The position numbers were made by a program, and so were the translations under genes. From positions 230-64,229 of the forward strand of contig CAVGND010000008.1 in assembly GCA_963630555.1 (NCBI GenBank): DNA of 64,000 nucleotides. The letters are read 5' to 3'. The notes under the pieces are model-generated. The model saw only the letters and a list, made by a program, of their open reading frames with translations. It did not search any database and had not been told where the DNA came from. Below are positions 10,103 through 20,890 of this stretch, piece by piece; within the stretch, counting starts at the first letter, position 1, and every line of letters begins with the position of its first letter. This stretch comes from Roseburia intestinalis (GTDB lineage Bacteria; Bacillota; Clostridia; Oscillospirales; Acutalibacteraceae).

Positions 10103-10795
10103 TTATTCTTTTCTCGGATCTATGAGTTTAGCGGCGTCGTCAACTCTGCCGTACTGACCGCTCGCTTTTTTCAAAGCCTCGTCAGCACTCATACCGCCCT
10201 TGATCATATCCATCATTTTCCCGAGATGAACGAACTTGTAGCCGATGATCTCGCCATTTTCGTCAACAGCGAGTTTGGTTATATAACCTTCCGCCAATTC
10301 AAGATAACGGGGACCTTTAAGTTTGGTTGCGTAGGTTGTGCCGGTCTGCGAACGAAGACCTTTACCGAGGTCTTCAAGTCCTGCGCCTACGGGCAAGCCG
10401 CCTTCAGAGAACGCCGTCTGTGTTCTGCCGTAAACAATTTGGAGGAACAACTCTCTCATAGCTGTGTTGATAGCGTCGCAAACCAGGTCGGTGTTAAGTG
10501 CTTCAAGTATTGTTTTACCTATAAGAATTTCGGAAGCCATGGCTGCCGAGTGGGTCATACCCGAACATCCGATAGTTTCAACAAGTGCCTCCTCAATAAT
10601 ACCGTCCTTAACATTAAGGGTCAGTTTGCAGGCACCCTGCTGAGGAGCGCACCAGCCGATACCGTGTGTAAGGCCGGAAATGTCTTTAATCTCCATAGCC
10701 TGAGTCCATTTACCCTCCTGCGGGATTGGAGCCGGGCCGTGATATGCGCCTTTGGCAAGCGGACACATACTTTCAACTTCTGCGGAATACTTCAT
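10103..10795 (-). CDS. NifU/IscU-like Fe-S scaffold-domain protein, usual partner of GGGtGRT proteins
   Basis: 230 aa with conserved Cys residues (GIGWCAPQQGACKL, GCSGMTHSAA). Sits 18 nt upstream of the GGGtGRT gene. Confidence 0.65.
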   Translation of the reverse strand: MKYSAEVESMCPLAKGAYHGPAPIPQEGKWTQAMEIKDISGLTHGIGWCAPQQGACKLTLNVKDGIIEEALVETIGCSGMTHSAAMASEILIGKTILEALNTDLVCDAINTAMRELFLQIVYGRTQTAFSEGGLPVGAGLEDLGKGLRSQTGTTYATKLKGPRYLELAEGYITKLAVDENGEIIGYKFVHLGKMMDMIKGGMSADEALKKASGQYGRVDDAAKLIDPRKE

Positions 10796-11066
10796 TGTGT
10801 TTCCCCTTCCTTTGATGTATAATTTTAAAATTACCGTAGTTATACAACCGGGGGGAACAACGCACCCCCAATTGCGCCGTATACATTATAATCAATCCGA
10901 TTCGAAAATTCAAGTGGTATAAAATAAATTGTCGAAAAATTAACAACTTTTAAATAATAGGACAAAATATACGGAATCCGTTCGAGTATTTCATAAATAT
11001 TCAGTGTAAAATAAAATAGGCAAAAAGAAATGGATTTAACACCTTTATTATAATATTATGTATTTA

Positions 11067-11921
11067 TCAAATAACCTTAGTAAGGACAAGCAACAGAAGC
11101 AGCGCGCCGAGCGCAATTCTGTACCAGCCGAAAACTTTGAAGTCGTGCTTTTTTATATAATTCATAAGGAATTTTATACAAACAAGTGATACAACAAAAG
11201 CCACAACCGTACCGACCGCAAGAACGGCAAATTCTTCAGCGGAAAATGTATTTCCCTTTGCAAAATACTTAAGAACCTTCACGCCGCTGCCGCCAAACAT
11301 TGCGGGAATCGACATATAAAACGAGAACTCTGCCGCAGCAACGCGCGAGCATCCGATAAGCATTGCACCTATTATGGTGGCGCCGGAGCGCGACGTGCCC
11401 GGAACGAGCGCCAAAGTCTGAAAAAGCCCCATATAAAGAGCGGTTTTGTACCCTATATTTTCACTTTTGCGTATTGTCGGTTCTTTTGCAACACTCTCTA
11501 CAAAAATAAAACAAATACCGTAAAAAATAAGTGCTGCGGATACAATTACAACCCGAAAATCTCCAGTCAGCATTTCATCTATTTTGCTGTCAAATGTAAA
11601 TCCCACTATACCTGCAGGTATGCTTGCAATCAACACCTTTAACCATGTAAGCCATATATTTTTGCGCTGCTGCGGAGTGCTCTTACGCGAGAAAGGCCAC
11701 AGTTTACCCCAAAACAATATCACAACAGCAAGGATTGCGCCGAGTTGTATAACAACAAGGAACATTTCCTTAAAGTCTTTTGACATATTAAGCCCCAAAA
11801 ATTCATCAAACAGTATCATATGCCCGGTGCTTGATATAGGCAGCCATTCGGTTACACCCTCAACTATTCCCAAAATTATTGATTTAATGATATTAAGAAT
11901 AAACAAATCATCATCTCCCAA
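11067..11921 (-). CDS. uppP: Undecaprenyl-diphosphate phosphatase
   Basis: GVTEWLPISSTGHMIL, the PGTSRSGATI motif, 8 TM helices. Confidence 0.9.
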   Translation of the reverse strand: MGDDDLFILNIIKSIILGIVEGVTEWLPISSTGHMILFDEFLGLNMSKDFKEMFLVVIQLGAILAVVILFWGKLWPFSRKSTPQQRKNIWLTWLKVLIASIPAGIVGFTFDSKIDEMLTGDFRVVIVSAALIFYGICFIFVESVAKEPTIRKSENIGYKTALYMGLFQTLALVPGTSRSGATIIGAMLIGCSRVAAAEFSFYMSIPAMFGGSGVKVLKYFAKGNTFSAEEFAVLAVGTVVAFVVSLVCIKFLMNYIKKHDFKVFGWYRIALGALLLLLVLTKVI

Positions 11922-12157
11922 TAAGGTTATGTTAATTATATGCGGAATGTTTCTTTTAGTTTAACATAAAAACAAACAAGATACAATCCGATTATTAAAA
12001 TTCGCAGTTTCGTAACTTTTTGTTCAAAACGGAATAAAATATTATAGAAGTTTAACAAAAGGGTTTCAGGCAAGCGGCTACAAAATACGGCGACCCGATT
12101 TGCGGGCAAAGCCCTTTGCTGAACTTCAAATTCTTTATAAGGGGGAACTAAAATAAT

Positions 12158-13027
12158 ATGAGAGAAATAAATAACAGCGAATCACCTTCAACCTCTTTTA
12201 AAGAGGCGTGCTGTATAGACGCCGGCAGAGTTTATGACTCTTGCTGTGATCGTGATTGCCTTGAGGATTTAAGATGCTATTTTACGGAAGAAGACCAACA
12301 AATTATCGGCAGCGCATTAAGCGTAAAGGTAAAGAATGCAGAGGTGGCAAATGTATATGTAAATGTTGAACCGGTATCATTCAATCGCGGGTTCTATTCG
12401 TGCGACCTGACCTTCTTTTTCCTTGTTGAGTTTGATGTGTTCACCGCACCTAAAACCTGCCCGCAAACCATACACGGTATCACTTTTTACGAGAAAAAAG
12501 TGATTTTATACGGAAGTGAAGGAAGCGTTAAAACATTTTCAAATATATGTACATTAGAGGAAGAATCCAACGGAACCGTAATACCGACTTCCAACTGCCC
12601 CCGTTGTTCCGTGCAATGCGTCGACCCGATTCCCCTTGCTGCAAAAATATGTGAGTTACGGGATTGCTTTGAAGGAATCGGATGCATTCCCGCAGGATTG
12701 CAGGAACGCTTGGGCGGCAGTGTTGTAACCGGTTTGCCGGCCGGTTCGCCGACAGTTTATGTCACGCTGGGACTTTTCAGCATCGTTCAGTTAATACGCA
12801 ATGTTCAAATGCTTATACCGGTATACGATTTCTGTATACCCGAAAAACAGTGCGCCAATATGACCGACGAACCATGTGACGCATTCAGGCGTATTAAATT
12901 CCCGACCGATGATTTCTTCCCGCCGAGACCGAGCAACATGGGCGGTTGCGGTTGTGCGGCTGCAGCGGCGGAAAACGGAACGGACGGCTGCTGTAACAAC
13001 CGGGACAATAATAGTCAAAGAGGTTAA
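12158..13027 (+). CDS. Cysteine-rich hypothetical protein (about 22 Cys in 289 aa)
   Basis: AAGGGGGA Shine-Dalgarno upstream and a clean ORF followed by a strong terminator. CC, CxxC and CxC clusters at both ends. No family recognised. Confidence 0.5.
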   Translation: MREINNSESPSTSFKEACCIDAGRVYDSCCDRDCLEDLRCYFTEEDQQIIGSALSVKVKNAEVANVYVNVEPVSFNRGFYSCDLTFFFLVEFDVFTAPKTCPQTIHGITFYEKKVILYGSEGSVKTFSNICTLEEESNGTVIPTSNCPRCSVQCVDPIPLAAKICELRDCFEGIGCIPAGLQERLGGSVVTGLPAGSPTVYVTLGLFSIVQLIRNVQMLIPVYDFCIPEKQCANMTDEPCDAFRRIKFPTDDFFPPRPSNMGGCGCAAAAAENGTDGCCNNRDNNSQRG

Positions 13028-13035
13028 ATATCTTT

Positions 13036-13069
13036 CAGCGCCGTTGTGCTTAAAGGCACAACGGCGCTG
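13036..13069. terminator. Bidirectional terminator hairpin
   Basis: CAGCGCCGTTGTGC-ttaaag-GCACAACGGCGCTG, a perfect 14-bp stem between convergent genes. Confidence 0.65.
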
Positions 13070-13098
13070 ATACTTGCTTTATATAAACTATGCAAAAA

Positions 13099-14946
13099 TC
13101 AAACTTCGTAAGATTTACCTTCCATAATGTTTTTAAATGCTTCGGCATCTATCTTTTCATGTTCAAACAAAGCTTTTGCCACTGCGTGGAGTTTGTCAAT
13201 ATGGGTTTTGAGTATTTCTTCGCCCCTCTTGTACGCATCCTCAACAATACGGTGAATCTCCGCATCAATACGGGAATTAACACTCTCGGAGCAATTTTGA
13301 ACGTGTCCGTAATCTCTGCCTAAGAAGACTTCGTCGTTGCTGTTTCCGTAAAGTATCGGCCCCAGATCCTTACTCATACCGTACTTCACAACCATATCGC
13401 GTGCAATCTTGGTAGCACGTTCAATATCGTTGGAAGCACCGGTTGAAATATCGCTGTTGCAAAGACTTTCGGCAATACGCCCACCGAGCAGCATAACAAT
13501 TTCCTCTTCCATTTCGGTCTTATACTTGGAAAATTTATCTTCACTCGGTAAAGCAACCGTCATACCCAAAGCACGCCCACGCGGAATTATTGTTATATAG
13601 TGAACTTCATCCTGCGTCGGAAGATAATATCCCGTAATGGCGTGACCCGCCTCATGATATGCGGTGTTAACCTTTTCTTTATCTTTAAGTACCCAACTTT
13701 TCTTTTCGGGGCCGCCTATAACTTTAAGGGTAGCCTCTTCAACTATCGGTTGTGTAATTGCTTTAAGGCCGCTTCTTGCGGTTAATAGTGCAGCCTCATT
13801 CAGAAGATTTTCAAGGTCTGCACCCGTGAATCCCGCTGTGGATTGGGCAATTGTTTTAAGGCTCACATCGGGTGCCAGCGGCTTACCTCTTGCGTGCACC
13901 TTAAGTATTTCTTCCCGACCCTTTACATCAGGGTAATTTACGGTTATCTGACGGTCAAACCGACCGGGGCGTAAAAGTGCTTTGTCAAGTATATCGGGGC
14001 GGTTGGTTGCCGCTATAACTATAACGCCTTCATTTTTACCGAAACCGTCCATCTCAACAAGCAATTGGTTCAGGGTCTGCTCGCGTTCATCGTGACCGCC
14101 GCCGAGACCTGCACCGCGCTGCCTGCCGACGGCGTCGATTTCATCAATAAATATAATTGATGGTGAATTCTTCTTTGCCTGATCAAATAGATCACGCACC
14201 CTTGACGCACCGACGCCAACAAACATTTCAACAAAATCGGAACCCGAAATTGAAAAGAAGGGAACACCGGCTTCGCCTGCAACCGCACGCGCTAGCAAGG
14301 TTTTACCCGTTCCGGGAGGACCCACAAGCAAAACACCTTTAGGTATACGCGCGCCGAGTTCGTTAAACTTTTGGGGATCTTTTAAGAAATCCACCAATTC
14401 TTTCATTTCCTCTTTTTCTTCTTCCGCACCTGCCACGTCGGAAAAAGTCGTTTTTTTATTATCATTTGGTTTCACTTTAACTTTACCGAATGAGAAGGTT
14501 TTATCCGCCCCCATCCCGGAGTTAAAGCGTTTCATCATAAATATCCAAACGAATACCAGTGCGGCAATCATAAGCAGTGTCGGCAGAATACTCATTATCC
14601 AGGAAGCCTCGCCGCCGCTTTTGTAATCCTGCTTAATCATATCCTTTTCGGACTTTGCTTCTTCGTTATGTTTAAGAACAAAATCGTTCACATCGTTGTA
14701 AAAAATATCGGCGTTGGCAACATTGTAACGGTATTCTTTGTTATCGGATCTTTTGGTGTATTGCAGTTCACCACTGTAAAGATTCAACTGATATGCCGAA
14801 ATCTCGTTGTTTTTTATCATATCCACGATTTCGTAATACTTCATACTGCTTTTTTTCTGCGTTGCCGACAAACCGATCATCACCGCAATGATCAAAATAG
14901 CCGGTATACCGATATACAGCAGAACATTCTTAAGGTTTTTATTCAA
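13099..14946 (-). CDS. ftsH: ATP-dependent zinc metalloprotease FtsH
   Basis: Two N-terminal TM helices, AAA+ [23 protein letters not shown], zinc motif HEAGHAI. Confidence 0.95.
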   Translation of the reverse strand: MNKNLKNVLLYIGIPAILIIAVMIGLSATQKKSSMKYYEIVDMIKNNEISAYQLNLYSGELQYTKRSDNKEYRYNVANADIFYNDVNDFVLKHNEEAKSEKDMIKQDYKSGGEASWIMSILPTLLMIAALVFVWIFMMKRFNSGMGADKTFSFGKVKVKPNDNKKTTFSDVAGAEEEKEEMKELVDFLKDPQKFNELGARIPKGVLLVGPPGTGKTLLARAVAGEAGVPFFSISGSDFVEMFVGVGASRVRDLFDQAKKNSPSIIFIDEIDAVGRQRGAGLGGGHDEREQTLNQLLVEMDGFGKNEGVIVIAATNRPDILDKALLRPGRFDRQITVNYPDVKGREEILKVHARGKPLAPDVSLKTIAQSTAGFTGADLENLLNEAALLTARSGLKAITQPIVEEATLKVIGGPEKKSWVLKDKEKVNTAYHEAGHAITGYYLPTQDEVHYITIIPRGRALGMTVALPSEDKFSKYKTEMEEEIVMLLGGRIAESLCNSDISTGASNDIERATKIARDMVVKYGMSKDLGPILYGNSNDEVFLGRDYGHVQNCSESVNSRIDAEIHRIVEDAYKRGEEILKTHIDKLHAVAKALFEHEKIDAEAFKNIMEGKSYEV

Positions 14947-14973
14947 TTAAAGTCAGGCTCCTTTCAAATCGGC

Positions 14974-15510
14974 TTATTCGTATATTTCCCTTTTTAAGAC
15001 GCCCAATACAGGCAGATTTCTGTATTTATTCGCATAGTCAAGACCGTATCCCACAACAAATTCGTTAGGCACAACGCTTCCTACATAGTCGGCTTTTATA
15101 TTTGCGATATGGCGTTCGGGTTTATCGAGAAATGTGCATATACGAACGCTGTTCGCGCCGCGGCTTTCAAGCATACTTGTTATCTTTGAAAGCGTAATCC
15201 CGGAATCCAGTATGTCTTCGACTATCAGAATATCGTAACCCGAAAGGTTTTCGGCAATGTCAAGCTTTACTTTTACCACACCGCTTGTAGCCGTACTTTT
15301 ACCGTAGGATGAAGCCGCCATAAAATCAATTTCCAGCGGAATATCTATAGCACGCATAAGATCGGTCAAAAATACGACCGCCCCTCGCAAAACGCTTACA
15401 AGCAAAAGGTTTTTACCCATGTAATCCTCGGTTATCTCTTTACCGAGGCGTTTGATTATTTCAGAAATTTCATCTTCGTTAAGCAAAATTTTCTCAAGGT
15501 CTTTGTACAT
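14974..15510 (-). CDS. hpt: Hypoxanthine phosphoribosyltransferase
   Basis: PRPP-binding ILIVEDILDSGITL. The start is ambiguous: ATG 15510, or GTG/TTG a few codons upstream. Confidence 0.9.
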   Translation of the reverse strand: MYKDLEKILLNEDEISEIIKRLGKEITEDYMGKNLLLVSVLRGAVVFLTDLMRAIDIPLEIDFMAASSYGKSTATSGVVKVKLDIAENLSGYDILIVEDILDSGITLSKITSMLESRGANSVRICTFLDKPERHIANIKADYVGSVVPNEFVVGYGLDYANKYRNLPVLGVLKREIYE

Positions 15511-15518
15511 TTCCAACA

Positions 15519-16838
15519 CTAACACTCCTCAATGGTTTCAACCGTAAACAGGTTTTTTGAATTGCAGTCCGGTTTGACCCGCTCGCTTATGCCGAACCGT
15601 TCAACCCAAATAATGCCGTCCCGGTCACAAAGCAACAAAATCTTATCCCTTTCATATACCGGAATTTTTTCGTCAATAAATAATTTTTTAACACTTTTTG
15701 TACAGTTACGGCCGGATAACTTTATTTTATCGCCCGTTTCGCGTGTTCTGACTGTTAGATTACCAATGATTTTATCACAGTCAAAAACATTTTTTAATAA
15801 CATTTTGTTAACTTTTCCTTTAACGGGCAAAATTTTTAACGCAGGACATTCGAAAGCACCGTTTTCAGGATCAAGTTTGTACGATATTTTGCCGCCTTCT
15901 GCGGTTTCTTTAATAATTTTAAGCCTGCCGCCGGAACTTACGGCAAAGCAGCCGCCCTTAAGTCCCGTTCTGCCCGGCTTAAAACATAAAGCGTCCATTT
16001 TATCAATAAAATGTTTCTCGGCGTCGCAATTGACTTCCGATTTATAATACATCGTCAGGATCCTGCCGCGTATTGCTTTATGAAACTTTTGAAGTTTTAA
16101 AATATCAAGTGAACCCGAAGATAAAACGCCGCGGTATTCACGTGCGGCAATTCCTCGCAAATAATCCTCATCCGCAGAATTAAGTTCCGCCTCCGCCGAA
16201 AGAGTATTTTCCAGATTCGGGTTGAGTTCTTTAAGTTGCGGTATTATCAGTTTTCGTATACGGTTGCGAGAATAATAAATATCGGCGTTGGTGGAATCGG
16301 TGCAGTAAGATATACCGTTCTTGCGGCAGTAATCTTCAATTTCTTCACGAGTGCAAAAAATAAGCGGACGAATTATGCAGCCCCTGACTTTAGGAATGCC
16401 GCACAATCCCTTCAGCGACGCGCCCCGCACCATATTCATTACCATTGTTTCGGCGTTGTCACTTGCCGTGTGCGCCGTTGCAACGACACCATTCGCAACT
16501 CGCGAGAAAAATTTATATCTTTCCTCACGTGCGGCAAGCTCCAGACTTTTGCCTGCGTCCCTCGCTATTTGCGGTATCGGCAAACGTTCGCAAAAAAGTT
16601 GAACTCCCAATTTTTTACATTCAGCCCTTACAAATCGCTCATCACTATCCGCTTCTTCTCCGCGAATACCGTGGTTCAGATGCGCGACGGTAAGTTTGAA
16701 TCCAAACCGTGATTTTATATCGTTCAAAATATAAAGCAAACACATAGAATCAGCACCGCCCGATACTGCCGCGGTAACTTCACCCACATTGTCTAACATA
16801 CCGTACCGCTCTATGGCGGAAATAATTTTTTCTGTCAT
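15519..16838 (-). CDS. tilS: tRNA(Ile)-lysidine synthetase
   Basis: PP-loop AVSGGADS. In the conserved tilS-hpt-ftsH order. Confidence 0.9.
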   Translation of the reverse strand: MTEKIISAIERYGMLDNVGEVTAAVSGGADSMCLLYILNDIKSRFGFKLTVAHLNHGIRGEEADSDERFVRAECKKLGVQLFCERLPIPQIARDAGKSLELAAREERYKFFSRVANGVVATAHTASDNAETMVMNMVRGASLKGLCGIPKVRGCIIRPLIFCTREEIEDYCRKNGISYCTDSTNADIYYSRNRIRKLIIPQLKELNPNLENTLSAEAELNSADEDYLRGIAAREYRGVLSSGSLDILKLQKFHKAIRGRILTMYYKSEVNCDAEKHFIDKMDALCFKPGRTGLKGGCFAVSSGGRLKIIKETAEGGKISYKLDPENGAFECPALKILPVKGKVNKMLLKNVFDCDKIIGNLTVRTRETGDKIKLSGRNCTKSVKKLFIDEKIPVYERDKILLLCDRDGIIWVERFGISERVKPDCNSKNLFTVETIEEC

Positions 16839-18211
16839 TCGTCAAAATTTGCAACAGAAGTGAATTTTGTAAACTGTCCGTCCCAGTATAAATCAACCGT
16901 TTTAGTTGTTCCATGGCGGTTTTTGGCAACAATACACTCTGCTTTATGTTCGTCAATTACCTCGTTGGGATCCTTTTTATCAGAATCGTAATATTTATCC
17001 CTGTATATGAAAAGGACAATGTCTGCATCCTGTTCTATAGATCCCGATTCACGCAGGTCGGAAAGTGCCGGTTTGTGCGACCTGCCCTTAGTTTCAGTAC
17101 CTCTCGAAAGCTGGGAACAAACTAAGACCGGAATCGAAAAATCTTTAGCCAACTGCTTGAGTTTACGCGTGATTCCCGAAATCTCCTGAACACGGTTTTC
17201 GGTTTTTACAGCCGATTGCATAAGTCCCAAATAGTCGATTATTACAAGATCCGCAGGTTTTTTCATACGCAACAGTTTGGCTTTGATCTCCGGCACCGTA
17301 ATGCCCGGCGTTTCGTCAAGATATATGTCCGCCTTTGCAAATTTTTCGGCGGCCTGACCGAAACGAACAAGTTCCTCGCCGTCCAGTTCGCCCGTACGGA
17401 ATTTTTCGCTTTTAATTCTCGCTTCGCCCGATATCATTCTTTGAACCAACTGATCCCTTGTCATTTCAAGTGAAAAAATAACAACCGTCTTGCCGGAATT
17501 AATTGCAGCATTGCGCGCTATATTAAGTGCAAACGAAGTCTTACCCATGCCGGGACGCGCACCGAGTATTATAAGGTCGGACTTGTGCAAACCGGTGATA
17601 ACGCCGTCAAGCCCCGATATCCCCGTCGGAATGCCGATATAATCTTTTCGTTTCTCCGGGTCGGCAAGATTGTTAAGCCTTATAATCGTTTCGTTTTTAA
17701 TAACGTCGGAAAATTTAACAAGTCCTGCGACCTCCTTGCCCTGCCGGATATCGTATATTTTCTGTTCGGCATAATCAAGAAGTTTATCGGCTTTTGTCGA
17801 AACATCCGAAGCCTTATCAACAATATCGCGCGAGGCAATCACCAGCGAACGCATATAATATTTGTCGCGTATGATGTTCGCATATGTTTCAATATTGGCA
17901 GAGGACGGCACCGCCTCAATCAGTGAAGTCAGGTAGGCTTTTGCACCCATGTCTTTAAAAAGAGGATCGTTTTTTATCTTCTCAAGTATCGTAACAAAAT
18001 CCTCATTATTCAGTCCCGAATCAATCGATTCAATCAATATTTCAAATATACGCCTGTTTTGCGGAATGTAAAAACAGTCCGGCTTTAAAATATCAATAAC
18101 ATTATTAATTGACGGAGGATCTATAAGCACGGAACAAAGCACTGCCTGTTCCGCTTCATTGGAAAAAGGCAGGGAAGTACCCTCAAACAAATTGTTGTTT
18201 AACTCAGGCAT
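16835..18211 (-). CDS. dnaB: Replicative DNA helicase
   Basis: N-terminal PFSNEAEQAVLCSVL and Walker A GARPGMGKTSFALN. Confidence 0.95.
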   Translation of the reverse strand: MPELNNNLFEGTSLPFSNEAEQAVLCSVLIDPPSINNVIDILKPDCFYIPQNRRIFEILIESIDSGLNNEDFVTILEKIKNDPLFKDMGAKAYLTSLIEAVPSSANIETYANIIRDKYYMRSLVIASRDIVDKASDVSTKADKLLDYAEQKIYDIRQGKEVAGLVKFSDVIKNETIIRLNNLADPEKRKDYIGIPTGISGLDGVITGLHKSDLIILGARPGMGKTSFALNIARNAAINSGKTVVIFSLEMTRDQLVQRMISGEARIKSEKFRTGELDGEELVRFGQAAEKFAKADIYLDETPGITVPEIKAKLLRMKKPADLVIIDYLGLMQSAVKTENRVQEISGITRKLKQLAKDFSIPVLVCSQLSRGTETKGRSHKPALSDLRESGSIEQDADIVLFIYRDKYYDSDKKDPNEVIDEHKAECIVAKNRHGTTKTVDLYWDGQFTKFTSVANFDE

Positions 18212-18286
18212 AATAAACTCCGTTCAGCCGAAAACCGGCAAATTAGTTAGGTTTAAATATAACGCGGGGGAATTTCCGCCGAAATT

Positions 18287-18727
18287 TTATTCTTCTACCT
18301 TTACGGTAAACGAGGCGGTTATCCCGGTGTATAGTTTGACCTCTGCGGTGTATTCGCCGTAGTTTTTAATATCGGCTAAAACTATCTTCTTTTTGTCTAT
18401 CGGAATACCGAAAGTTTTTTCAGCCTCGGCAGCAACTTCTTTGGAAGTGACCGAGCCGAAAAGTTTTCCGTTTCCGCCGGATTTGGCGTGAATAACTACC
18501 GTGCCGCCGTTAATTTTTCCGGCGTTTGCCTGCGCCTCGTTCTTTTCAACCTCTATATGATGCGCCTTCGCAGCTTCACGGTTGTTAAAATCATTCATAG
18601 CGGCAGCGTTTGCCTCTACCGCCAATTTACGCGGAAAAAGAAAATTTCTTGCATATCCGTCCGATACCGTAACAAGTTCACCCTTTTTACCCTTTCCTTT
18701 TACGTCGGCATTCAAAATTACCTTCAT
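18287..18727 (-). CDS. rplI: 50S ribosomal protein L9
   Basis: [36 protein letters not shown]. Confidence 0.95.
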   Translation of the reverse strand: MKVILNADVKGKGKKGELVTVSDGYARNFLFPRKLAVEANAAAMNDFNNREAAKAHHIEVEKNEAQANAGKINGGTVVIHAKSGGNGKLFGSVTSKEVAAEAEKTFGIPIDKKKIVLADIKNYGEYTAEVKLYTGITASFTVKVEE

Positions 18728-18733
18728 ATTGAT

Positions 18734-20713
18734 TCACCCTTTCTTGTTTGAAGTGTTTTGCATTTCCTCAAATTCTTTAATTGCATCGGTTAAAGCATTC
18801 TGCGCAACCGAAAAATCCGTTGTGTCTATCTGGCACGCAGCCATAGTTCTGTGACCGCCGCCGCCCAAAAGTTCCATAATCACCTGGACGTTAACAACAC
18901 CGAAACTTCTTGCCGAAATGTTGATGCAGTCACCGGTTTTGCACATAACGAATGAAGCGGATATGTCATTTATGCTAAGCAGTTCGTCAGCCGCCTGAGC
19001 CGCTATCATACGCACGTTTTCGTCATCGCCGATATCGGCTCTGGCAATTGCGTATTTTCCGTAAACAGCAGCGGAAGCCACGATTTGCGAGCGCATTTTA
19101 AAGCATTGCATAGACTCCGAGAAAAGTTTTTTAACAACGACCGGATCCGCCCCGCGTTCACGCAGAAAAGCGGACGCCTCAAATGTGCGTACACCGGTGC
19201 GTAAAACGTAATTTTTTGTATCAAGCATTATGCCCGACAAAAGCGCGTCGGCTTGAAGTTGCCGCAGCGATTTCGGATTTATGTACTGGATAAGTTCGGT
19301 TACCATTTCACACGCGGATGACGCCGCCGGCTCGTTATAAAATATCACGGCATTGTTTATGTAATCAACCGAACGCCTGTGGTGATCTATAACCACTACG
19401 TTTTTGCAGGCTTCAAACAGTTCCTTATTTTCTAAAACGGCAGCCCTGTGCGTATCAAGTATTATAAGAAGCGTGCTTGCCGTAATGTAAGGTATAAGCC
19501 TTTTCGGGTCCGTAACCTCAAAATTTTCATCGATCGTTTCTATCCTCTGAAGTAAAGAGGACGCCATCGTTTTCTTTCTGTCAATAATCAAATGCGCCTC
19601 TCGTCCGAGTTGCTTGACGGTGCTGTACAGAGCGTAGCAAGAGCCCAAACTGTCAAGATCCGAAAACGAATGACCCATTAATATAACCCTGTCGCTGCCG
19701 TCAATAAGTTCCTTAAGACTCGACGCTATAAGCCTTGCGCGCACCCTCGTCCGCTTTTGCACCGACGCATTCACGCCGCCGAAGAATTTAAATTCATTGT
19801 TCGGCATTTTAATCGCTGCCTGATCTCCGCCGCGCCCAAGCGCCATATCAAGCGCCTGTTTCGCAAGTTCCTCACATTCCGACATATTAGAACCGCCGCG
19901 CCCGACTCCTATCGAAAGAGTGGTGGCGATATCGCCGGACTTTATCTGTTTAACACTTTCAAGAATGTCAAACTTGTTTTCAATAAGATGATTGTAGGTT
20001 CTTTCTTCAAAAATCATCAGATAACGGTCGCCCGTCATACGGCGGACAATTGCCGAACTGTCGGCTACCCATTTTTCGATTTCGGTCTGAACCGCGCTCT
20101 TAAACGCGCTGAGTTCGCTGTCCTTAATATACGAAAGTTCATCAAGGTTATCAATAGCCACAATGGCAACTACCGGACGGGATTGCTCATATTTATACCT
20201 GTACCTGATCTCGGTCGTCACATCAACAAGGTAACAAACCGTAAAATTGCCCGAAGCGTTTATGACCGAGGAAGCGTATATTTTAAATATATGCTTGTTG
20301 TTAACAAACTCCGAAACGCCGGAGCCAGCCAACTCGGCTGAACATTTGTCGCCTATCAGCTGAGAAATGTTTTTCCCTATATAGGATTCAACCGAAGGCA
20401 GGCTTTCCGACATAGCGTTGTTGTACCATACCGTCTCGCCCGCCGAAAGTATAAGAACGGGTATTTTCAGTTCAGTAAGAGCAACGGATTCGGCGGAGGA
20501 AAGTTTTTTGGAAACCTCGGTCAAAATCTTTTTTTGCCGTTTGCCCAGATTGAGCAGGCTTACCGTTATGCATAAAACCGCAATAGCAAATGAGGCTGCC
20601 GACACGGCAAACGCCCACGAAACGGGGAAACGGAAACAAGCCGCAACCGAAACCGCCGCAAGCAGCAAAAGCAGAACAATATTAACCTTGCCGTATCTCC
20701 ATAATCTTTTCAA
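18734..20713 (-). CDS. gdpP: GdpP/YybT-type DHH-DHHA1 phosphodiesterase (c-di-AMP phosphodiesterase)
   Basis: Two N-terminal TM helices, a degenerate GGDEF region, DHH (VVVIDHH) and GGGGH motifs. In the conserved position next to rplI. Confidence 0.85.
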   Translation of the reverse strand: MKRLWRYGKVNIVLLLLLAAVSVAACFRFPVSWAFAVSAASFAIAVLCITVSLLNLGKRQKKILTEVSKKLSSAESVALTELKIPVLILSAGETVWYNNAMSESLPSVESYIGKNISQLIGDKCSAELAGSGVSEFVNNKHIFKIYASSVINASGNFTVCYLVDVTTEIRYRYKYEQSRPVVAIVAIDNLDELSYIKDSELSAFKSAVQTEIEKWVADSSAIVRRMTGDRYLMIFEERTYNHLIENKFDILESVKQIKSGDIATTLSIGVGRGGSNMSECEELAKQALDMALGRGGDQAAIKMPNNEFKFFGGVNASVQKRTRVRARLIASSLKELIDGSDRVILMGHSFSDLDSLGSCYALYSTVKQLGREAHLIIDRKKTMASSLLQRIETIDENFEVTDPKRLIPYITASTLLIILDTHRAAVLENKELFEACKNVVVIDHHRRSVDYINNAVIFYNEPAASSACEMVTELIQYINPKSLRQLQADALLSGIMLDTKNYVLRTGVRTFEASAFLRERGADPVVVKKLFSESMQCFKMRSQIVASAAVYGKYAIARADIGDDENVRMIAAQAADELLSINDISASFVMCKTGDCINISARSFGVVNVQVIMELLGGGGHRTMAACQIDTTDFSVAQNALTDAIKEFEEMQNTSNKKG

Positions 20714-20890
20714 AAACGGTCACCTTCAATCAGACTGACGGAAATCGAACCCCGTCACGCCTGCAAACAATAATTTTCGTCTTTTTTATTTCATCACTTG
20801 TAACACGACAGCCTTATGAAATCGGACGCAGGCAAAGCGCTGAAAATCGGTAAGTGAAACCGCAGCAGCGTTCGATTCCTGCCGACCGAC

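Noticed and set aside
20741-20890. GTTCGATT / GGTTCGATTTCC motifs resembling tRNA or tmRNA T-loops
   Set aside because: The surrounding sequence cannot form a 5-bp T-stem with a 7-nt loop, an acceptor stem or an anticodon arm. The motifs lie in the gdpP-rnj spacer and are probably there by chance.
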